16,422 nt of DNA from Elusimicrobiota bacterium (GTDB taxonomy: Bacteria > Elusimicrobiota > Elusimicrobia > UBA1565), in assembly GCA_043819795.1 (NCBI GenBank), contig JBDREN010000087.1, positions 1 through 16,422 on the forward strand, given 5' to 3'. Position 1 is the stretch's first letter; each line of letters begins with the position of its first letter. The notes beneath the pieces were generated by a model, which had not been told where the DNA came from, did not search any database, and saw only the letters and a program-made list of their open reading frames with translations. Positions 7,821 through 14,531 of the stretch are shown here, piece by piece. Made by a program: the position numbers and the translations under genes.

Positions 7821-8671
7821 AGCGCTGGATCAAGTCCCGGCTGCCGGACGGCGCGCGCGCGCGCCTGGCTAAAGCGCGCGAGGAGCTGCTTGAGAAAAGC
7901 CTGCGGGCCGCCATCGAGGAGCAGGATCTCGCGGACCTCTGCCGCCGTCTCGAGGAAGTGCAGCCCGACCTGCGCGAGCAGTACTCCACCTTCGAGGTGG
8001 ACTCGGAGTTCCTGCGCACGAAGGTCCGCGGCCAGCAAGCGTTCCAGATCGCCCTGGCCTCGCCGGAGCTGGAGGCCCGGCCGGAGGCCGTGGTCGTGGA
8101 CGTGGGGGACTCGTCCGGGACGCACACCGCCTACCTCAAGGCCCTGGTGCCCGGCTCGAAGCACCGATTCGTCTCCGTCAACCTCGACCCCAAGGCGGTC
8201 GGCAAGATCCAGTCCCGCGGCCTCGAGGCCGTCCTCGCGCGCGCCGAGGAGCTCGAGCAGTACGGTGTCAACGCCGACGTCTTCCTCGCCTTCGAGCTTC
8301 TGGAGCACTTGAGCGACCCGGCCACCTTCCTGCACGAGCTGTCCGCGAAGACCCGCTGCTCGCGGCTCGTGCTGAGCGTCCCCTTCGTCCGCCGAAGCCG
8401 CCTGGGCATCCATCACATCCGGGCGGGGCTGCGCAAGGAAGTCAGCGCGGAGAACGTCCACATCTTCGAGCTCAGCCCCGAGGACCTCAGGCTCCTGTTC
8501 CGGCATACCGGCTGGAAGGTCGAGCGGGAGCGGATCTACCGGCAGTACCCGAGGGGCTCCTGGCTGGCCATGACCAAGCACGTATGGAGGGACTGGGATT
8601 TCGAGGGCTTCTACGGAGTCGTTTTATCGAGAGACGACACCTGGTCCTCGCTGTATACGGGCTGGCGCTGA
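7817..8671 (+). CDS. Class I SAM-dependent methyltransferase-like protein
   Basis: Motif I-like VVDVGDSSG, then FELLEHLSDP, LVLSVP and HIFEL. ATG overlaps the upstream stop (ATGA 7817-7820). The ORF-track start at 7223 lies inside wzx. Confidence 0.8.
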   Translation: MKRWIKSRLPDGARARLAKAREELLEKSLRAAIEEQDLADLCRRLEEVQPDLREQYSTFEVDSEFLRTKVRGQQAFQIALASPELEARPEAVVVDVGDSSGTHTAYLKALVPGSKHRFVSVNLDPKAVGKIQSRGLEAVLARAEELEQYGVNADVFLAFELLEHLSDPATFLHELSAKTRCSRLVLSVPFVRRSRLGIHHIRAGLRKEVSAENVHIFELSPEDLRLLFRHTGWKVERERIYRQYPRGSWLAMTKHVWRDWDFEGFYGVVLSRDDTWSSLYTGWR

Positions 8672-8715
8672 GGCAGTACGCCAAAAGATGACATCTTCCC
8701 GGAGGCTTCCACCCC

Positions 8716-9657
8716 ATGAGTCCGACCAGCACGCTTAAGCACGCGATCACCCTCGCCATCGGCCTGCCCATCTGCCGCCTGCCGTGGCTCCGAAGCTACA
8801 AAGATTACCTGCTGTCCACTTGGACGAATCCGGAGCGGCGCAGCAAGCTCGACCATTTCTTCTTCCGCGCGGTCTTCGCCTACTGGCTCGAACGCGAATA
8901 CCTCAAGGAAGAGGACCCCGACAAGCGGGAATCCATGAAGAGTCCTCTGATGGGAGGCGACGCGGGCGAGGTCTGGGCCTCGCACTATGCCGACCAGCCC
9001 ATCGATCTCGAAGAGCGGATAGGGCACATGTCCTACAAAGAGGCCTGCCCGCTGCTTCCCGACATCGACAAGGCTCTGGCCGCCGAAGGCGAGCCCGCCC
9101 TTGTCGTCCAGATCGGAAGCTCCTCAGGGAGAGAGATCGCCTGGCTCGCCGGCCGGCATCCGAAGCACACCTTTATTGGGACGGATATCTTCCAAAAAGT
9201 AATCGACTACTCCGCCGGCAAACACAACGGCGCCAACCTCAGCTTCCGGCTCTTCTCCGCCCAAAAGATCGGCGACCTGCTGGAAAGCCGCCGGGATGAG
9301 CGAATCATCGTCTTCGCTTCGGGCTCCCTGCAATACGTCCAACCCGAGCATCTCGAGATATTCTTCGCTCGAATCAACCGGTTCCCAAATCTGCGGCTGT
9401 ATGTACTCGAGCCCGCGACCGAAGCACTAATGAATACGCACGAGAAGCTTAGAAGGAAGGAAGGAAGGAAGGAAGGAAGGAGCCCGAGCCTGTACGCAGG
9501 GAACCTGTCGTACTGTCATGACTACCGTGCCTATGCTGAGCGCGCGCGCATGAATACGATTCTTTGCGAGATCATCCGCCCCTACGCGCCGTACGAGGAC
9601 TTCCCCGAACACAGGGGCACGGTGCATTACTACCATCAGGCGAAGGCCGCTTCGTAG
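8716..9657 (+). CDS. Class I SAM-dependent methyltransferase-like protein containing a tetranucleotide repeat
   Basis: Motif I-like VVQIGSSSGREI, FIGTDI (acidic end of beta-2), ASGSLQYV and LYVLEP. RBS GGAGG at 8701-8705. Confidence 0.78.
   Translation: MSPTSTLKHAITLAIGLPICRLPWLRSYKDYLLSTWTNPERRSKLDHFFFRAVFAYWLEREYLKEEDPDKRESMKSPLMGGDAGEVWASHYADQPIDLEERIGHMSYKEACPLLPDIDKALAAEGEPALVVQIGSSSGREIAWLAGRHPKHTFIGTDIFQKVIDYSAGKHNGANLSFRLFSAQKIGDLLESRRDERIIVFASGSLQYVQPEHLEIFFARINRFPNLRLYVLEPATEALMNTHEKLRRKEGRKEGRSPSLYAGNLSYCHDYRAYAERARMNTILCEIIRPYAPYEDFPEHRGTVHYYHQAKAAS
9452..9479 (+). repeat. Simple sequence repeat (GAAG)7 within the CDS
   Basis: Seven perfect GAAG units, encoding RRKEGRKEGR at codons ~246-255. 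Confidence 0.97.
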
Positions 9658-9735
9658 CCGCCGAAGTTGCCGCCCAATCTCCCACCGCCGCCCCCCTTCA
9701 GATTTCGAAAAGAATTCCACTGAGATTTCCGGCAG

Positions 9736-9763
9736 AATTCACATTCGGCGCCGAATGTGAATT
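9736..9763. repeat. 28-bp perfect palindrome AATTCACATTCGGCGCCGAATGTGAATT
   Basis: Self-complementary with no spacer. It extends with GGCA (9731-9734) / TGCC (9764-9767) across a 1-nt bulge. Confidence 0.9.
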
Positions 9764-9976
9764 TGCCTTATATTTCCTATGCTATTTTTTAGAAAATCGG
9801 AGCCCGTCGCGAGCTTTCAACAAGGTGGGTCAGTGACCGAGATGAGAAGTCGGAATCCAACCGGGGGAACACCGACTCACGCGCCGCAGAACAGGAAGGA
9901 TTTCTGGCGCTTTTGCCGACAGATGCGCCGCTCCTCGCTCACGCAGAATCAGTCGCGCGGATCTCTTGACTGAATC

Positions 9977-10309
9977 CTACGACGCGGCTTTACCGGCTCG
10001 GTCCTCGATCGCTTTCAGGAGGCGGTCGCCGAGGCTCTCCAGGCGGGCGTTGGTCTTCACCAGCTCCACGGCGATCCGTTCGGCCTTCTCTTCGATCCGG
10101 CGCATGTCCTCTCTGAGCTCGGGCTTGATCGCGTCCACCCTGCTCCCGTAGCGCATGAGCTCGGCCGCGATCCCGCCTTTGATGGCGTCGACTTTGCCGC
10201 TAAGGCAGGCGATCTCGGCCTTGAGCTCGGTCCTCAGGAAGTCGACGTTGCTCCGGACCTCCCTGATATCGGCCCTAGCCGCCGGCTTCTCGTCGTTCTC
10301 GGAAGACAT
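9977..10309 (-). CDS. Small coiled-coil protein (DUF1640/CCDC90-like), function unknown
   Basis: Heptad-patterned helical sequence (ADIREVRSNVDFLRTELKAEIACL..., ELREDMRRIEEKAERIAVELVKTNARLESL) with an internal VDAIK repeat and GC3-rich codons. Confidence 0.72.
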   Translation of the reverse strand: MSSENDEKPAARADIREVRSNVDFLRTELKAEIACLSGKVDAIKGGIAAELMRYGSRVDAIKPELREDMRRIEEKAERIAVELVKTNARLESLGDRLLKAIEDRAGKAAS

Positions 10310-10316
10310 TGCCTGG

Positions 10317-10325
10317 ATTGTAGCA
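10317..10325 (-). promoter_or_regulatory. Extended -10 promoter for leaderless coiled-coil gene
   Basis: Minus-strand TGcTACAAT ends 7 nt before the ATG at 10309. No Shine-Dalgarno. Confidence 0.6.
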
Positions 10326-10481
10326 GTTCCGACCGCTTGGCGCGGCGCTGGATCAGAGCTGGCGCGTCTTTGGAGGCGCTCCGGCGAGATCGCCGCCGCC
10401 GGCAGAGCGCTCTCGCTCGTTCGCGCGACCCGGCCGACACGCGACGCGTCGCCGCTCTCGAAGGCATAATTTGCTATCTTG

Positions 10482-10487
10482 TATAAT
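10482..10487 (+). promoter_or_regulatory. -10 box of block 2 promoter
   Basis: Consensus TATAAT in an AT-rich patch, 26 nt before the ATG at 10514. No clear -35. Confidence 0.5.
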
Positions 10488-10513
10488 CACATTTCGGCGC
10501 TCTTGGACCGACG

Positions 10514-11257
10514 ATGATCTGCGGCTTGATGCTGGGAAGAGACGGAAGCCGGGGCTACCCGGGCAAGAACACGGTCCCCGTGCTCGGGCGGCCCATGATG
10601 GCTTATCCGCTCATGGCGGCCAAGGCCTCGCGCCACGTGGAGCGCGTTTACGTCTCCACGGATTCCCCCTCCATACGCAAGATCGCCCTGGAATACGGCG
10701 CCCGCATCATTGACCGGCCGGCCGAGCTCTGCACTCCCGAGGCGCTCGGCGAGGACGCCTTCGCGCACGGGTACCGCTATATCCGCGATGCGCTGAAGCG
10801 CGAGGGCGACAGCCTCGAGCTGCTGGCCTTGCTTATGTGCAACGCGCCCACCATCGCCGCCGAACTGATAGACAAGGGCGTCGAGGTCCTGAGGGCCAAG
10901 CCGGAGGTGGACTCGGCCATCAGCGTGTCGCGCTACAACATGTGGAGCCCGCCGCGCGCGCGCCGCGAGACCGAGGAGGGCCTGCTCGAGCCCTTCGTTC
11001 CCTTCGAGACCTTCGGGGATCCCAAGACCCTCTCCTGCGACCGGGACTCCCAGGGCGACGTGTGGTACGCGGACATGGGCGTCTCCGTGGTCCGGCCGCG
11101 CTGTCTCGATGACATGGACAGCGGCCTACTTCCCCAGAAGTGGATGGGGCGGAAGATATTCCCCCTCAAGCAGGAGGCCGCCTGCGACGTGGACTACGAA
11201 TGGCAGGTGCCGGGCGTGGAATACTGGCTGAAGAAGCACGGGATAACGGCGCCATGA
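10514..11257 (+). CDS. Cytidylyltransferase, CMP-Neu5Ac synthetase/KdsB (CTP_transf_3)-like
   Basis: LGRDGSRGYPGKN (ARxGSKxxxxKN-type nucleotide-binding loop), VYVSTDS, IIDRPAEL and C-terminal ACDVDY (DID-type). Confidence 0.88.
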   Translation: MICGLMLGRDGSRGYPGKNTVPVLGRPMMAYPLMAAKASRHVERVYVSTDSPSIRKIALEYGARIIDRPAELCTPEALGEDAFAHGYRYIRDALKREGDSLELLALLMCNAPTIAAELIDKGVEVLRAKPEVDSAISVSRYNMWSPPRARRETEEGLLEPFVPFETFGDPKTLSCDRDSQGDVWYADMGVSVVRPRCLDDMDSGLLPQKWMGRKIFPLKQEAACDVDYEWQVPGVEYWLKKHGITAP

Positions 11258-11997
11258 AGCGGGCTCTCGAAGGCAAAACGGCCCTGATCACGGGCGCCTC
11301 GGGCGGCATCGGCTCGGCCGTAGCGCGCCTGTTCGCGGACAACGGCTGCCGCATCGCCCTGCATTACTCCAAGAACCGCCGCGGGGCCGAGGCCCTGGCC
11401 AAGACGCTGCGCGCCCAAGGAGCGGGGTGCGAGCTCTTCCAGGCCGACCTGCTGCAGGGCGGGGCCTGCGAGCGCTTGATCCGCGCGACCCTCAAGCGCT
11501 TCGGCCGGCTGGACATCCTCGTCAACAACGCGGGGGCCGTACTCGGCCAGCGGTACTTCCTGGACCTGCCGGCCAAGGACTGGGACCGGACTCTACGGCT
11601 CAATCTCACCGCTCCGTTCCTCTTGGCGCGCGAAGCCTTCAAGGCCATGCGCCGCAAGGGCGGACGCATCATCAACATCAGCTCCATAGCCGCCAAGTTC
11701 GGCGGCTCACCGAGGTCCATGCACTACGGCGCGGCCAAAGCGGCGCTCGAGGCCGTTACGGTGGCCATGGCCAAGGAGGGCGCGCCGCGCGGCATCCTTG
11801 TCAACACCGTCCGCGCCGGGGTCATCGACACTCCGTTCCACTCCAAATTTCGCAAGGATATGTCCAAGCGGGTGGCGCTCATCCCGCTGGGCCGAATGGG
11901 CCGCCCCGAGGAGGTCGCGCGCATGGCGCTGCATCTGGCCGGCGAGGGCGGCGACTTCATCACGGGCCAGACGCTTCCGGTCACGGGAGGAGAGTGA
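11254..11997 (+). CDS. Short-chain dehydrogenase/reductase (classical SDR)
   Basis: ITGASGGIG, DILVNNAG, NISS, YGAAK catalytic motif and GQTLPVTGG. ATGA overlap at 11254-11257. Confidence 0.93.
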   Translation: MKRALEGKTALITGASGGIGSAVARLFADNGCRIALHYSKNRRGAEALAKTLRAQGAGCELFQADLLQGGACERLIRATLKRFGRLDILVNNAGAVLGQRYFLDLPAKDWDRTLRLNLTAPFLLAREAFKAMRRKGGRIINISSIAAKFGGSPRSMHYGAAKAALEAVTVAMAKEGAPRGILVNTVRAGVIDTPFHSKFRKDMSKRVALIPLGRMGRPEEVARMALHLAGEGGDFITGQTLPVTGGE

Positions 11998-12932
11998 TGC
12001 CGAAACCCGTATTGGTCACCACGTCCACCTTCGGTAAGGAGGACTCCGGCCCGAATGACGAGCTCGCGCGCTCGGGGCTCGCCGTGAGCCTCAACCCGCA
12101 CCGCCGCAAGCTCACCGAAGCCGAGGTCCTAGACCTGCTGGCCAAGCATAAGCCGGTGGGAATGATCGCGGGTGTCGAGCCCCTCACGGCCCGGGTCCTG
12201 GAGTCCTGCGCCAAGCACCTCCGGGTCATCTCGCGCTGCGGCACCGGCATGGAAAGCGTGGACATCGAGGCCGCCGCCGGGCTCGGCATGCTCGTATTCA
12301 ACACGCCCGCGGCCCCGGCCCAGGCCGTCGCGGAGCTGGCCGTGGGCCTGATGCTCGCGGTCCTGCGCAGGATCCCCGAAGCCGACCGCGCCGTGCGCGA
12401 GGACGCCTGGGAACGCAAGATGGGAAGCCTTCTCGGCGGCAAGACCGTGGGGATCGTGGGCTACGGCCGGATCGGCAGGCTCGTAGGCGGCCTCGTGCAC
12501 GCCTTCGGCTGCACCGTGCTCGCGCGCGACGTGATGGATTTCTCGGACCCGAAGGTCCGGCGCGTCTCGCTCGAGGAGCTGCTCGAGACCTCCGATATCG
12601 TCACGCTGCACGTGCCGCTCGAGGCCGGGACCCGCCACGTGCTGAGCGCCGAGAAGCTCAAGCGCATGAAGCAGGGAGCCATCCTCATCAACGCCTCGCG
12701 CGGGGGTCTCGTTGACGAAAAGGCCCTCCTCAACGCCCTCAAGAAGGGACGGCTGGCCGGCGCCGGGCTGGACACCTTCAAGGAGGAGCCCTATCGCGGC
12801 CCCCTTCGGGACCTCCCGAACGTCGTGCTCACCGCCCACATGGGCGCGGCGGCCAAGGAATGCCGGGTGCGGATGGAGCGCGAGGCCGCCGTCAACCTCA
12901 TCGAAGGACTCCGGTCCGCGGGGGAGCTATGA
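11997..12932 (+). CDS. D-isomer-specific 2-hydroxyacid dehydrogenase (phosphoglycerate dehydrogenase-like, no ACT domain)
   Basis: ISRCGTG, AVAELAVGL, GIVGYGRIG, VTLHVP, INASRGG, LDTFKEEP and TAHMG. TGATG overlap at 11995-11999. Confidence 0.92.
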   Translation: MPKPVLVTTSTFGKEDSGPNDELARSGLAVSLNPHRRKLTEAEVLDLLAKHKPVGMIAGVEPLTARVLESCAKHLRVISRCGTGMESVDIEAAAGLGMLVFNTPAAPAQAVAELAVGLMLAVLRRIPEADRAVREDAWERKMGSLLGGKTVGIVGYGRIGRLVGGLVHAFGCTVLARDVMDFSDPKVRRVSLEELLETSDIVTLHVPLEAGTRHVLSAEKLKRMKQGAILINASRGGLVDEKALLNALKKGRLAGAGLDTFKEEPYRGPLRDLPNVVLTAHMGAAAKECRVRMEREAAVNLIEGLRSAGEL

Positions 12933-13867
12933 AGAAAGCGGTCGTATTCGGCGGCGCGGGATTCCTGGGCAGCCACGTGGCCGACGCCCTGACCGACGCC
13001 GGGCACCATGTGCGCATCTTCGACAAGAGGCCCTCGCCCTACCTGCGCGAGGACCAGGAGATGGTCGCGGGCGAGCTCACCGACCTCGACGCCGTATGCA
13101 AGGCGGCGCGGGGCTGCTCGACCGTCTACAACTTCGCGGCGATCGCGGACATCGACGAGGCGCGGAACAAACCCGTGGACACGGTGCGCTTCAACGTGCT
13201 CGGCAACACCAACGCCCTGGAGGCCGCGCGCCTGGCCAAGGCGGAGCGCTTCGTGCTGGCCTCGAGCGTCTACGTCTACAGCGAGTTCGGTTCCTTCTAC
13301 CGGGCGAGCAAGCAGGCCTGCGAGAAGTTCACCGAGACCTACCACGACGAGTTCGGCCTCGACTACACGATCCTGCGCTACGGCTCCCTTTACGGCCGGC
13401 GCGCGGACATGAGGAACGGCATCTACCGCATGCTCCAAAGCGCCCTGGCCGAGGGGGTCATCCGCTACCACGGCGTCGGCGACGAGCTCCGCGAGTACAT
13501 CCACGTCGACGACGCGGCGCGCCTGTCGGTCGAGATCCTCAAGCCGGAGTACGCGAACATGCCGATCATCCTCACCGGCCACCACCCCATGCGCGTGCGC
13601 GATGTCGTGGAGATGGTCTGCGAGATGATGGGCGGCAAGGTCCGGATGGAGTTCGCGAACAAGCCCGTCAGCGGCCACTACAACATCACGCCCTACGCCT
13701 TCCACCCGCGCGTGGGCAAGAAGCTCGTCGGCCGGCTCTACACCGACATGGGCCAAGGCATCCTGGACTGCCTCGCTGAGATGAAAGGCTCCATGCAGGC
13801 GAAAACGCGCGCGACAGCGACGGCGAAGCCCGCCGCCTCCGCCAAGCCAAAGAGCCGCCGGAGCTGA
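12929..13867 (+). CDS. NAD-dependent epimerase/dehydratase (extended SDR)
   Basis: VFGGAGFLG, ASSVYVY, YRASK, LRYGSLYG and REYIHVDD. ATGA overlap at 12929-12932. Confidence 0.92.
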   Translation: MKKAVVFGGAGFLGSHVADALTDAGHHVRIFDKRPSPYLREDQEMVAGELTDLDAVCKAARGCSTVYNFAAIADIDEARNKPVDTVRFNVLGNTNALEAARLAKAERFVLASSVYVYSEFGSFYRASKQACEKFTETYHDEFGLDYTILRYGSLYGRRADMRNGIYRMLQSALAEGVIRYHGVGDELREYIHVDDAARLSVEILKPEYANMPIILTGHHPMRVRDVVEMVCEMMGGKVRMEFANKPVSGHYNITPYAFHPRVGKKLVGRLYTDMGQGILDCLAEMKGSMQAKTRATATAKPAASAKPKSRRS

Positions 13868-13874
13868 TCCCGCC

Positions 13875-14531
13875 GTGGCCGCCCCGCCCGACCTGCGCGC
13901 CGTCGCCTTCGACTTCGACGGCGTGATCCTCGACTCGGCCCACATGAAGACGAAGGCCTTCGAGCAGCTCTTCGCCCCCGAGGGTCCCAAAGCCTCGGGG
14001 CGCATCCTCGCCTACCACAAGGCCAACGCGGGGATCTCCCGCTTCGTGAAGTTCCGCTGGGCCTACCGGGAGGTCCTGGACCGGCCGCTTTCCGAAGAGG
14101 AGGAAAGGGCCCTAGGCGAGCGCTTCAACCGCCTGGTGGAAGACGCGGTCGTGGCCGCCGACTGGATCCCCGGCGCCCGCGAGTTCCTGGAGAAGCATAG
14201 CGGTTCGATCCCCCTCTACGTGGCCTCGGGGACTCCCGAAACCGAGCTGCGGCGCATCATCGAGCGGCGCGCTCTGGACGCGTACTTCCGGGCGGCGTAC
14301 GGAAGCCCCGCGTCCAAGAAGGACATCCTGCTCCGCGTCGCCCGCGAGCTCGGCTGCGCGCCCGGAGCGATCGTCATGGTCGGCGACGCCCGCAACGACC
14401 TTGCGGGAGCCGAGGGGGCGGGGACCCGCTTCGTCGGCGTCGTACCATCCGGCTCGGAGGACCCCTTCCCCCCGGAGGCGCGCGTCATCCCGGATCTGAC
14501 ACGGCTGGAGGAAGCCCTCCGCCGGCCATGA
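13875..14531 (+). CDS. HAD-superfamily hydrolase/phosphatase
   Basis: Motif I FDFDGVILDS, motif II VASG, motif III K and motif IV MVGDARND. Confidence 0.9.
   Translation: MAAPPDLRAVAFDFDGVILDSAHMKTKAFEQLFAPEGPKASGRILAYHKANAGISRFVKFRWAYREVLDRPLSEEEERALGERFNRLVEDAVVAADWIPGAREFLEKHSGSIPLYVASGTPETELRRIIERRALDAYFRAAYGSPASKKDILLRVARELGCAPGAIVMVGDARNDLAGAEGAGTRFVGVVPSGSEDPFPPEARVIPDLTRLEEALRRP

Noticed and set aside
9739..9760. TCACA...TGTGA as a CRP site
   Set aside because: The half-sites are in the reverse order with a 12-nt spacer; CRP needs TGTGA-N6-TCACA.
9825..9880. tRNA-like fragment (minus-strand GGTTGGATTCC) or att site
   Set aside because: It mismatches the T-loop consensus GTTCGA, and I could not fold a cloverleaf or acceptor stem.
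9779..9973. Short ORFs in the spacer (9564-9836, 9779-9973)
   Set aside because: No recognisable motifs and atypical codon usage. A gene remnant cannot be excluded.
10380..10455. Small GC palindromes (e.g. GCGACGCGTCGC at 10441-10452)
   Set aside because: Short GC-rich palindromes are common by chance at this base composition, and there is no U-tract or repeat copy.
2117..11257. Phosphonate (fosfomycin-like) pathway suggested by B12 radical SAM plus cytidylyltransferase
   Set aside because: No PEP mutase or phosphonopyruvate decarboxylase is in the window, and the cytidylyltransferase is NeuA/KdsB-like.
6171..12928. ORF-track N-terminal extensions (starts at 6171, 7223, 11140, 11427, 12860)
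   Set aside because: The extensions lie inside upstream genes. Stop/start overlaps at 6297, 7817, 11254, 11997 and 12929 coincide with where the recognisable domains begin.
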